A DNA stretch of 27,986 nucleotides from assembly GCA_903925435.1 (NCBI GenBank), contig CAIYFF010000072.1, positions 1 to 27,986 of the forward strand, given 5' to 3'. Position numbers and translations under genes: made by a program. The notes beneath the pieces are model-generated. The model had not been told where the DNA came from. It saw nothing but the letters and a program-made list of their open reading frames with translations, and ran no database searches. Every line of letters begins with the position of its first letter. The stretch's first letter is position 1. The stretch is from an uncultured Planctomycetota bacterium. GTDB taxonomy: Bacteria > Planctomycetota > UBA1135 > UBA2386. This document shows, one piece after another, positions 8,148 to 16,332 of this stretch.

Positions 8148-9453
8148 AGCCGGTGGCCTTCACCTCGGACGGGCTCGTCGCGAGATTGACGACATAGCCT
8201 TGCCAGTGCAGGTCCACCGCGCCGTAGGACGCGAGGAACGCGCGGGCCGGCGCGCTCAGCGGGAACATCTGCTGGCAGCGGCCGTTCGCGTCCGTGAAGT
8301 TGATGAACGTGAACGCGCTCGGGTCGGCGAGATCGATGCAGACGTTGCCGGCGCTCGTGGCGGCGTTGAAGCCGGGGATGAACGCGATCGGCACCGAGCC
8401 ATCCGGGTTGAAGCCGCCGACCAACGGGCCGAACGCGAGGCGGATGACCGCGAGCGAGTTCGGGCGGTTGCGCTCCGTGATCAGGAAGCCAATGTCATCC
8501 GCGCGAGCGGGCGCGCCAACGGGCGGGGGCAGCGTGCCGGTTGCGTCGTTCACGTCCGGGTTGTTGCCCGAGAGCATGTTCGTCGTGCCGCCAGCCGGAA
8601 CCTGCGTGGCCGCGTTGACGAGCGGCGGGTTGCGGAGGTTGCTCGACGGGTAGCGGATCTGGTTGGTCTGCGTCACCGCGACGCCGCCCGTGGTGAGCGC
8701 GAGGATGTCGAGGTTGAGCTGGCGGTAGCCGCCGCGCGAGCCGGCGGTGCCGGGGAATGCCGGGATCTGGCCGGTCGGCAGTGGCGTTGCGCCACCGGTC
8801 GTGGCGACCGTGCAGACCAGGTTGCGGATGTTCGTGTTACCCGGCAGGCGCGGGCCGACGACGTCGAGCGAGTTGGTGCCCACATTGCCGAGGTTGAAGT
8901 CGAACGACATCCAGCAGCCGAGGCCGTCTGCGGGCCACGTGCCGTTGCGCAGGCCGATGCCGAGGTAGACGTCGTCGTCCGTCGGGCCGTGCGCGGCGCC
9001 GAAGTTCATCGGCGTGGCCGGCGGGTTGATGCCGTAGGTGATCGTCCAGAACGCAGGGCCGGTCGCGGTGCTCGGCGGCGTGTTGATGAGTCCCGTGCGG
9101 AACCAGACGCCAGTGCCGTTCGCGTTCGAGTCAGGCTGGCCAGGAGCCAACGGGTCGTCCTTGTAGCCGACCAACGTGTACTGCTCTGCCGTGTTGCCGA
9201 TCTGATCCTGAACGTTGAATCGGAAGCCGACGAGGCGCTTGCTCGCGCCGAGTGGATCTGCCGGATTGATCAGGAAGTGGCGGTAGTCGCGCGTTGCGAA
9301 GACCTGAAGGATGTCGACGTCGAGCGCGTTGATGGTGGCGCGGTCGGTGTACGACGTATCGAAGCCGCCATTGAAGCCGAGGAAGTTGGCGAGCTGTGCG
9401 GGGAGCGCGCTCGACAAGGAGGCAACGAGGGACAGTGCGAGGATGGAACGCAT
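8128..9453 (-). CDS. Secreted hypothetical protein, paralog A (441 aa)
   Basis: ATG at 9453; signal peptide MRSILALSLVASLSSALPA-Q; N/T/G/P-rich mature part with strongly biased codons (aac, ttc, acc). Confidence 0.9.
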   Translation of the reverse strand: MRSILALSLVASLSSALPAQLANFLGFNGGFDTSYTDRATINALDVDILQVFATRDYRHFLINPADPLGASKRLVGFRFNVQDQIGNTAEQYTLVGYKDDPLAPGQPDSNANGTGVWFRTGLINTPPSTATGPAFWTITYGINPPATPMNFGAAHGPTDDDVYLGIGLRNGTWPADGLGCWMSFDFNLGNVGTNSLDVVGPRLPGNTNIRNLVCTVATTGGATPLPTGQIPAFPGTAGSRGGYRQLNLDILALTTGGVAVTQTNQIRYPSSNLRNPPLVNAATQVPAGGTTNMLSGNNPDVNDATGTLPPPVGAPARADDIGFLITERNRPNSLAVIRLAFGPLVGGFNPDGSVPIAFIPGFNAATSAGNVCIDLADPSAFTFINFTDANGRCQQMFPLSAPARAFLASYGAVDLHWQGYVVNLATSPSEVKATGCVIQHL

Positions 9454-9520
9454 GGGGATGGTTCTTGGGTGCACAGGGACGGCCCGGCTCCAGGGGGTGA
9501 AGCGGGCGAAGGAGCGGCGA

Positions 9521-9549
9521 ATCCTACGCATGCCGCGCGCTGGTGGGAA
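9521..9549 (-). promoter_or_regulatory. Candidate sigma70-like promoter for paralog A (TTCCCA-N17-TAGGAT)
   Basis: Minus strand 4/6 and 4/6 matches to TTGACA/TATAAT at 17-bp spacing, about 70 nt upstream of ATG 9453. Confidence 0.3.
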
Positions 9550-9636
9550 CCTCCGCAAGCCCAAGGAGCATGCTGCTCTGGGCGTAGCAACTACGGCGGC
9601 TGCGCTATATCGGTGCGGCGCATCGCGCCGCGACCG

Positions 9637-12261
9637 TCACGCTCCCTGTGCTGCGCGCGGCGCAGTCAGGGCTGCCATGGCATAGAGCCCGGCCGCCACG
9701 AGGGTGACGACGAAGAACCCGCCTTCCATCGCAACCAGGATGCTGAGGATCGACGCCATCACCGAGGCGGCGCCGTTCACGCCGAACGCCCAACCGATCA
9801 TGCCCTGCTGCTCGTTGCGCAGCAGTGAGAGGCCCGTCGGGAACGGGATGCCCATCGCGAACGCGAGCGGTGCGATCGTCGCCATCGTGACGACGATGCG
9901 CAGCGGCTCCGACCACGCGAGCGTCGATTGCAGCACGGCGGGCAGCAGCAGCGCCTGCAGCAGCAGCAACACGACCACGGCAAAGCCAGCGCGCATCGCG
10001 CCGCGTTGGCCGAGGCCCTTCTTGCCAGCCCACGACGAGCCGAGGCCCGAGAACAGCAAGAAGCTGCAGAGGCCGACGCTGAGCGAGTAGGTCGGGTGGC
10101 CGAGGTAGAGCACGAAGCGCTGGATCGTGCTGATCTCGACCAGCAAGTAGGCGAGGCCGAGCGCCGAGAAGAAGGCGATCACGCGCAGGCGCGAGTTGGC
10201 GGAGCCCGCCTTCGTCGAGAAGCCGAGGCGGAACATCGGCAGCAGGATCAGCAGCGCGGTCGCGATCAGCGTCTGCACGAACAGCGCGGCGAGGATGTAG
10301 AGGCCGATGGGCTCGCTGCCCGTCAGCGCTGCGTAGCCGTCCTTGCCCTTCGACGTGAACGAGAGGTCATTCCACGAGTTGAAGTTGAAGAAGAACGGCT
10401 TGTCGTCGGTCGCCGGATGCGTGCGGTACTGGTAGCCGTCGTGGAACGCTTGCTCCGCTTCGGGGCCCTTCGCTGCGGCATCGAGCAGTTGGCTGTACTC
10501 GTTGTTCTCGCCCTTGAGTCCCGCGGCGTAGTAGAGGACGTGGTTGGTCTTCGGCGCGTTGAGCGGCGGCAGGTAGGCCTCGATCTTTGCGACGTCTTCC
10601 TTCGTGAAGGGCGTTTTGCGCATCAGCACCGCCGCGTAGCGCATCGGATGCTCGTAGTCGCGCGACATGCGCTCCTTGAGCTCGGTGAAGTTCTTGATGT
10701 GCTCGAGGCCCTGCGCGCCCTTCAGCTCCTTGGCGAAGTCCATCATCTGGCCGTCTTCTTGGTTGACGACCAAGAAGTGCTTGCGCGGGTCCGTGATGCC
10801 GAGCTTGCGCAGCGCGCGCGCCGCGGTCGCGACGAGCTTGAGTTCTTCGCGCGGCGGCTCGAAGCGGAAGCGGATCACCGTGATCACGCCGTCATCCGCC
10901 ATGTGCGCGAAGAAGTCGTCGAACGCTTCGATCGTGTAGAGGTAGCTCTCGCTGAAGATGTAGCTGCCCGACGACAGAGCTGAGTAGGTGTCGGTGCCCG
11001 ACATCTGCAGCAAGTCGAACTTCTTGCCTGAACGGCGCAGGTAGCTGCGGCCTTCGGACTTCACCCACGTCACGCCGGGGCGGTCGTAGATGTGGTTGGT
11101 GTAGGCGCCGAACTTGCCGCGCACGAGGTCGATCGTGTCGCCGTTGATGTCGACGGCCGTGATCGTCTTTGCGCCGCACGCGAGCCCGGTCTCGATGTCG
11201 TTGCCGCCACCGGGGCCGATGATCAGCGCGTTGGGATCCTTCACGAGCTGGTAGCCGAGGCCGTACCAGTGCTTCTTGTAGTCGAGTTCCTTCGCGTAGC
11301 CGCCGGACCAGATCTTGGTCGGCGCATCGCCATCCTGGAACACGTGCACTTCGGTGCGCGGGCCGCTCGTCGGGTTGTCGCGGTCCTTCGCCGCATTGCC
11401 GGGCGTCGGGTTCATCGGCAGCGTGTCGATGCGACACGTCGGGCTCCACACCGTGGAGCGCAGGCTCATGTCCAACTCGGGATACTTCGGATCCTGCGTC
11501 TTGCGCAGGTAGTCGGTCATGCCCTCGTAGAAGAGGTCCATGGTGCCGAGCATCTTGCTCTTCGCTGGCTCGATCGGGAGCAAGCGATTGGTCGCTTCCG
11601 GGAACGCCATCGACAGCGGCCAGATCGCGATCGTCAGCAGCGCGAGCGCGCGCATCAGGGTCGTCATCGAACCGCGCGAACCAAGGGTCGATGCGAGGCC
11701 TGCGATGCCGCCGAGCGCCGCAAACAGATAGAGGCAGCCAGGTCCGCCGAGCGGGCGCACCAGCAACACGAACAAGAAGCTGCCGATCGCGGAGCCGATC
11801 AGGTTCCAGAAGTACGTGCGGTGCACGATCGCCGCGTGTTGCTGCAGCGCGATCGAGATCGCGAGGCCAGCGAACAAGAACGGCACGATCAGGTACGCGT
11901 AGCGCAGGAACAGCAGCAGGTACTTGCTGCGGTCCTGTTCGATGTCGAGCGTGTCGAGCGGCGTGTGGCACAGCACCATGAACGCGCCGATCAAGCTGAT
12001 GCCGAACATGCTGCAGCAGAACGACACAGCCTTCTGCGAGTCGCCGAACATGCGCCCGATGCTCGGGAACATGCCGAGCAGTCCGCCGCCGGCGCCGAAG
12101 CCGAGCAACGTGACGGTGACCACCATGTAGGTGAGGTGGTGCCACAGCATCACGCTGAAGAGGCGCGTCTGCAGGACTTGCACTGCGAGCGTCGCAGCCG
12201 AGATCAGCGCGACCGCGAGCAATATGCCGCGGGTCGACTGCGGCGATTCGGAATGGGTCAT
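9637..12261 (-). CDS. Polytopic membrane protein with central class I SAM-dependent methyltransferase (spermidine-synthase-like) domain, 874 aa
   Basis: Multiple TM helices at both ends; QDGDAPT; SAM motif I LIIGPGGGNDI; AVDING; EGRSYLRR...FDLLQMSGTDT; ESYLYTIEAF; FFFNF; LAYLLVEI; GIPFPTGL; W.FGVNG.ASV. Confidence 0.88.
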   Translation of the reverse strand: MTHSESPQSTRGILLAVALISAATLAVQVLQTRLFSVMLWHHLTYMVVTVTLLGFGAGGGLLGMFPSIGRMFGDSQKAVSFCCSMFGISLIGAFMVLCHTPLDTLDIEQDRSKYLLLFLRYAYLIVPFLFAGLAISIALQQHAAIVHRTYFWNLIGSAIGSFLFVLLVRPLGGPGCLYLFAALGGIAGLASTLGSRGSMTTLMRALALLTIAIWPLSMAFPEATNRLLPIEPAKSKMLGTMDLFYEGMTDYLRKTQDPKYPELDMSLRSTVWSPTCRIDTLPMNPTPGNAAKDRDNPTSGPRTEVHVFQDGDAPTKIWSGGYAKELDYKKHWYGLGYQLVKDPNALIIGPGGGNDIETGLACGAKTITAVDINGDTIDLVRGKFGAYTNHIYDRPGVTWVKSEGRSYLRRSGKKFDLLQMSGTDTYSALSSGSYIFSESYLYTIEAFDDFFAHMADDGVITVIRFRFEPPREELKLVATAARALRKLGITDPRKHFLVVNQEDGQMMDFAKELKGAQGLEHIKNFTELKERMSRDYEHPMRYAAVLMRKTPFTKEDVAKIEAYLPPLNAPKTNHVLYYAAGLKGENNEYSQLLDAAAKGPEAEQAFHDGYQYRTHPATDDKPFFFNFNSWNDLSFTSKGKDGYAALTGSEPIGLYILAALFVQTLIATALLILLPMFRLGFSTKAGSANSRLRVIAFFSALGLAYLLVEISTIQRFVLYLGHPTYSLSVGLCSFLLFSGLGSSWAGKKGLGQRGAMRAGFAVVVLLLLQALLLPAVLQSTLAWSEPLRIVVTMATIAPLAFAMGIPFPTGLSLLRNEQQGMIGWAFGVNGAASVMASILSILVAMEGGFFVVTLVAAGLYAMAALTAPRAAQGA

Positions 12262-12323
12262 CGGGATTCGGCGCTGGACCGGCGATGCCGGCAGGTGGGG
12301 CCACGCAATGCGAGGCGCGAAGG

Positions 12324-12352
12324 ATGATGGTGGCGTCCCGCTAGACCGTCAA
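12324..12352 (-). promoter_or_regulatory. Candidate sigma70-like promoter TTGACG-N17-CATCAT upstream of the membrane methyltransferase
   Basis: 5/6 match at -35, exact 17-bp spacer, -10 keeps the key A and final T. Lies in the 136-bp gap about 60 nt before ATG 12261. The -35 is overlapped by the inverted repeat ACCGTC-N8-GACGGT (12345-12364). Confidence 0.5.
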
Positions 12353-12397
12353 GGCAACGACGGTGCGAACGCGCAGAGAAAACGGCAAGCGCGGCGC

Positions 12398-14356
12398 TCA
12401 TCGCGAGTAGCGCTCCCGTTCGTGCGCGGAAATCGCCGCGGCAAGCCGCTGCATCGCGTCGGCCGCGATCGGCATGGCCTGCGCGCGCAGTAGCAGTTCG
12501 CGCGGCGTCTCCCCGTGCACAAGTTGAACGTGCGCGCGCCGCATCGCCGCGTCGAGCGCGCGGACTGTGAGCGGAATGCGCTGGTTCTTCACATGGCGTC
12601 GCCAGAACGACAGCATCGAAAGCAATGCGAGCAAAGCCGCGCATTCGATCGGGCTCGTGAGGAATGCGACCACGGTCTCGCCGAGGCTGCGGCCGATCGC
12701 CGAGAACAACGCCGCGCGCTCGGCTTCGCCGAAGCCGGTCACGTTGGCCCACGCTTCTTCGAGCCACTTGCGCATGTCGGCGAGCATGCCTGACTCATGG
12801 GCGCCGCCTTCGTCCGCCATTGCGGGCGTTGCGTCGAGCGTGGTCCAGCCGGCCCCAGGCAGCCACGCCTCGACCCACGCGTGCGCGTGACGCTGGCGGA
12901 CGACGTAGGCGCCGGACGATGCGTCGCGTTCTTGCGCGAGGTAGCCGCCGATCACGCGGCACGGGATCGACTGCATGCGCAGCACGAGGCACAGCGCCGT
13001 GGCGAAGTACTCGCAGTGGCCGCCGCCCGAACCGAGCAAGAAGTCGTCGAGGCTGCGAGCCGCCGCGGGCGTGCCGGGCAGCGCGTAGCGACGTTCTGCC
13101 GACAGCCAATCGCGCGCGTGCTCGGCGCGTCGCTGTGGGCTCGCGTCCGCTGGCAGCGTGCGGCGAAGTTCTTCTTCGAGAGCAACCAGCGGCGATGGCA
13201 GTCGTTCTGGCGTTTGCGTCAGGATCGCGCGCGCAGCGGGCGTCAGTTCTCCAAACGCCGCGACCTCGCTCGCGCGCACCGAGAAGCGAACTTCGCGCGG
13301 CCCTTCGCCGAACTCCACGAGCGCCACGACGCCATCCGCCTTCGGATCGACCAGCGCGCCAGCGGTGAAGTGCAAGTCGAAGGACTCGGCTTCCAGCGGC
13401 AAGAAGAGTCGATTGGCGCTCGTGTCGAGCAGCGTGACGGTGACCGCATCGCTGTCGTTGGCTGCTGCTGCGTCGCGACGACGGCCTTCGTCGCGCGACG
13501 AGGCGCGAACCCAGCGAGTGGCCGAGGTCCCGCTCCACGGAATGTCCGTCGCAGTGCGCGTTCCGAATTCGCGGATGCGGAACGGCTGCCAGCCCGCGCC
13601 ATCGAAGTTGACGAACGTGGCGCCGCGCCAATGCGTCGGCGTGTTCGCTTCGCCCTTGCTCGCGATGCGCATCACCGGCGCGTCGCTGAGTGTCGGAGTC
13701 GTCGAGCGGTCGATCCGCACTTGGTCTGCGAACGCGACCACGGGCGCGCCGCCAAACTGCATGGAGTCGCCGAGCCAGCCCTCGCGCTTGAAGTCGCGTG
13801 GCCACAGCGCGAACACCAAAGCGGTCGCGAGCAGCGCTGCGGCGCTGCGCCAGAGCCCGTTCTGAATCAGCGCGCGCACGGCGCCGCGCGGTTGTTCACC
13901 GCTGCGCGGAAGGCACACGTGCAACTGCAGCGCGAGCACGAGCAGCGCCGCATACGCGAAGAACGCAATCGACCAGCCGAGGTCGCCGCAGAAGAAGCTC
14001 GTGACGAACGCGATGAGGAACGAGTTGAAGAACAACAGGTCCGGGCGCTGCTTCTGGCCGATGTTGTTGAGCAGGTGCACTTGGCACAGCGCGGAGAGCA
14101 GCAGCCCGTCTTCGAGCATGTGCAGCAACCCGCTGGTGACCGCGTCGTGCACGAGGAACGCAAACGAAGCGAGGACTGCGGCGTTCCAGATGCCTCGATA
14201 GACCGGGCTCTCGGCGAACCGCGCAAACAGCGGCGTCGCGGCAGCGCAGGACCACAAGGCCCACAGCCACGGCGAAGTCACGGTGCCGGTCAACTGCACG
14301 AACGCGAGGTCGAGCAGCACGATGCCCAAGAACAGCCAGCGCAATGCACTAGGCAT
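12398..14356 (-). CDS. Transglutaminase-like domain membrane protein (DUF3488/TgpA-type), 652 aa
   Basis: About 6 N-terminal TM helices; HWRGATFVNFDG..W; catalytic triad motifs GHCEYFATA, HAWVE, LDATP; C-terminal TM and ETPRE motif. Start overlaps the DUF58 stop by 8 bp. Confidence 0.9.
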   Translation of the reverse strand: MPSALRWLFLGIVLLDLAFVQLTGTVTSPWLWALWSCAAATPLFARFAESPVYRGIWNAAVLASFAFLVHDAVTSGLLHMLEDGLLLSALCQVHLLNNIGQKQRPDLLFFNSFLIAFVTSFFCGDLGWSIAFFAYAALLVLALQLHVCLPRSGEQPRGAVRALIQNGLWRSAAALLATALVFALWPRDFKREGWLGDSMQFGGAPVVAFADQVRIDRSTTPTLSDAPVMRIASKGEANTPTHWRGATFVNFDGAGWQPFRIREFGTRTATDIPWSGTSATRWVRASSRDEGRRRDAAAANDSDAVTVTLLDTSANRLFLPLEAESFDLHFTAGALVDPKADGVVALVEFGEGPREVRFSVRASEVAAFGELTPAARAILTQTPERLPSPLVALEEELRRTLPADASPQRRAEHARDWLSAERRYALPGTPAAARSLDDFLLGSGGGHCEYFATALCLVLRMQSIPCRVIGGYLAQERDASSGAYVVRQRHAHAWVEAWLPGAGWTTLDATPAMADEGGAHESGMLADMRKWLEEAWANVTGFGEAERAALFSAIGRSLGETVVAFLTSPIECAALLALLSMLSFWRRHVKNQRIPLTVRALDAAMRRAHVQLVHGETPRELLLRAQAMPIAADAMQRLAAAISAHERERYSR

Positions 14357-15305
14357 GGGCGGCTCCTCCTGCGCAAACGGTCAGCAGTTGCGCGCGCTGC
14401 GATGCGGCGGGTGGCGCAACTGCGTCGTGTGGCAACGTCGAGGCTGTCGCGAGCCAACGCAGCAACGGCGCGGGCTCAGGTCGATCCGCATCGAGCGCGA
14501 GGTCTGCGTCCTGGCTGCGCAGTCGCAGCGCCTGCTTCGTCTTTGCTGCATCGAGCACAAGCCGCGTCGCGATCGACAGCGCGCGTTCGAGCGACGCTGC
14601 GTCGCAGCGACGATCGATGACGAGGTCGACGCCTTCGCCGCCATGGCGCTCGTACTCCTTGACGATCGGCGAGCCGCGACGCGCGGTCGCCTTCCAGTGG
14701 ATCTGGCGCAGGCTGTCGCCATCGCGCCAGTCGCGGAGGCCCGCGAGGGACTCCTCGTCGCCGCCAGGTGGGCGATTGCCATCGCCGCCGCGGCCACGTT
14801 GCGAGGGGTCTTCGGGCGCAGCGGGCGTTGGATACGCGATTGCTTCACCGCGAACGGTGACGACCTGCTCCGCCATGCAAACGCCAAACGGATGACGCGA
14901 GCGAATGCGCAGTCGTTCGATCGCATGTGCGCCGCGCGGCATGCCCTTCAGCGCAGCCGTCACGGTCTCGCCGTCGGAGACGACCGGCAGTTCGGCAATG
15001 CAGATCGACTTGCCCGCTGCGTCCGCATGCACGAGCACGCCAAACGCGCGCCGGCCTTTTGGCATCGTGATGCGCACGCGCATCGGATGCGGCGATCCTG
15101 CGGGCGCAGGCTCGATCGCAAGCAGCTCCGCGCTCGCGCCGCGCAAGTTGCGCCATGAGCCGGTGACGCCGAGCGCGCCGAGGATGGCGAGGAACGACGT
15201 CAGCAGGAAGAACAGGTTGGAGTATGGCGTCGCGAAGAACAGCAACACTACGGCTGCGAAGAACAACCCGCCCTTCGCTCCAAGGCCTGTCGGCGAGAGT
15301 CGCAT
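14349..15305 (-). CDS. DUF58 domain-containing protein, 318 aa
   Basis: N-terminal TM pair with NLFFL; RG...I....SRHPFG; LRDWRDGDSLRQIHWKATARRG.PIVKEYE; LERALSIA. Sits directly downstream of MoxR. Confidence 0.9.
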   Translation of the reverse strand: MRLSPTGLGAKGGLFFAAVVLLFFATPYSNLFFLLTSFLAILGALGVTGSWRNLRGASAELLAIEPAPAGSPHPMRVRITMPKGRRAFGVLVHADAAGKSICIAELPVVSDGETVTAALKGMPRGAHAIERLRIRSRHPFGVCMAEQVVTVRGEAIAYPTPAAPEDPSQRGRGGDGNRPPGGDEESLAGLRDWRDGDSLRQIHWKATARRGSPIVKEYERHGGEGVDLVIDRRCDAASLERALSIATRLVLDAAKTKQALRLRSQDADLALDADRPEPAPLLRWLATASTLPHDAVAPPAASQRAQLLTVCAGGAAHA

Positions 15306-15309
15306 CGGC

Positions 15310-16248
15310 TCACAGTGGAACGGCGGTCTTCGCGATCACTTCCTGCAGCATCGCAGCAGCGCTGCCGCCGCCGCGAACGAACATGCGGTGCGCGAGCACG
15401 GGCATGGCGAGCGCCTTCAGGTCGTCCGGCAACACGTAGTCGCGGCCTTCGAGCCATGCGCGCGCACGAGCTGCGCGCAGCCACATCAACGCGGCGCGCG
15501 GACTCGCGCCGAGCGCGACCTCGGTGTGCTCGCGCGTCGCCGCGACGATGCGCAGCACGTACTCGGCCACCGTTTCGTGCACGACAACCTCGGCTGCAGC
15601 AGCTTGCGCCGCGAGCAGTTGGTCGCGCGAGATCACGGGGTGCACGGAGCGCAGCGAGCTCTCCGCATCGCGGCCGGTGTAGAGCGCGAGTTCTTGCGCG
15701 CTGTCTGGATAGCCCAGCTCGATGCGGACGAGGAAACGATCGAGCGCCGCTTCCGGCATCGGATACGTGCCGTGGAACTCGATCGGGTTGCGCGTCGCAA
15801 ACACATGGAACGGCGCGCCGAGGTCCATCGTCTTGCCTTCGAGCGAGACCGAGCCGGACTCCATCGCTTCGAGCAAGCACGACAAGGTGCGCGGGCTCGT
15901 GCGGTTGATCTCGTCCGCGAGCACGAGGTTGGAGAACAACGGGCCTTCGACGAACTCGAACTGGCGCTCGCGCTCGCGCCAAACTGCGCTGCCGAGGATG
16001 TCGCTCGGCATCAGGTCATTGGTGAACTGGATGCGGCGGAAGCTGCAGTCGATGCTCGCGGCGATCGTGCGCGCGAGCAGCGTCTTGCCGATGCCAGGCT
16101 TGCCGTCGAGCAGCACGTGGCCCCGCGCGATGAGTGCGCAGAGGATCGCTTCGAACGCGTCCGAAGGGACGGCGACGATGTCGCGGACATTGCGTTCGAG
16201 GGTCGTGCGCAGCGCCTTTGGCGCTACGGCTGCAGTGCTCAGTGCCAA
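15310..16248 (-). CDS. moxR: MoxR-family AAA+ ATPase, 312 aa
   Basis: TTG start with GGAGG SD (16257-16261); Walker A GKPGIGKT; RIQFT.DL.PSDI.G; Walker B LADEINR; NPIE..GTYP.PEA.LDRF; GASPRA; GRDYV.PDD.K.LA.PVLAHR. Confidence 0.93.
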   Translation of the reverse strand: MALSTAAVAPKALRTTLERNVRDIVAVPSDAFEAILCALIARGHVLLDGKPGIGKTLLARTIAASIDCSFRRIQFTNDLMPSDILGSAVWRERERQFEFVEGPLFSNLVLADEINRTSPRTLSCLLEAMESGSVSLEGKTMDLGAPFHVFATRNPIEFHGTYPMPEAALDRFLVRIELGYPDSAQELALYTGRDAESSLRSVHPVISRDQLLAAQAAAAEVVVHETVAEYVLRIVAATREHTEVALGASPRAALMWLRAARARAWLEGRDYVLPDDLKALAMPVLAHRMFVRGGGSAAAMLQEVIAKTAVPL

Positions 16249-16332
16249 GGCGTGGTCCTCCGGGTCCAGCCTGTTTCGGCACGCGGGGATGCGCGCGTGA
16301 GCCCCGTGCGCGAAGTGACGATGCCAGCGGCC

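Noticed and set aside
9475-9485. AGGGACGGCCC resembling the SAM-I riboswitch core GAGGGACUGGCCC, near a SAM-dependent enzyme
   Set aside because: It is on the strand opposite the local genes, lies downstream of the methyltransferase, and lacks the AUC..GAG P1/P2 and GCAACC elements.
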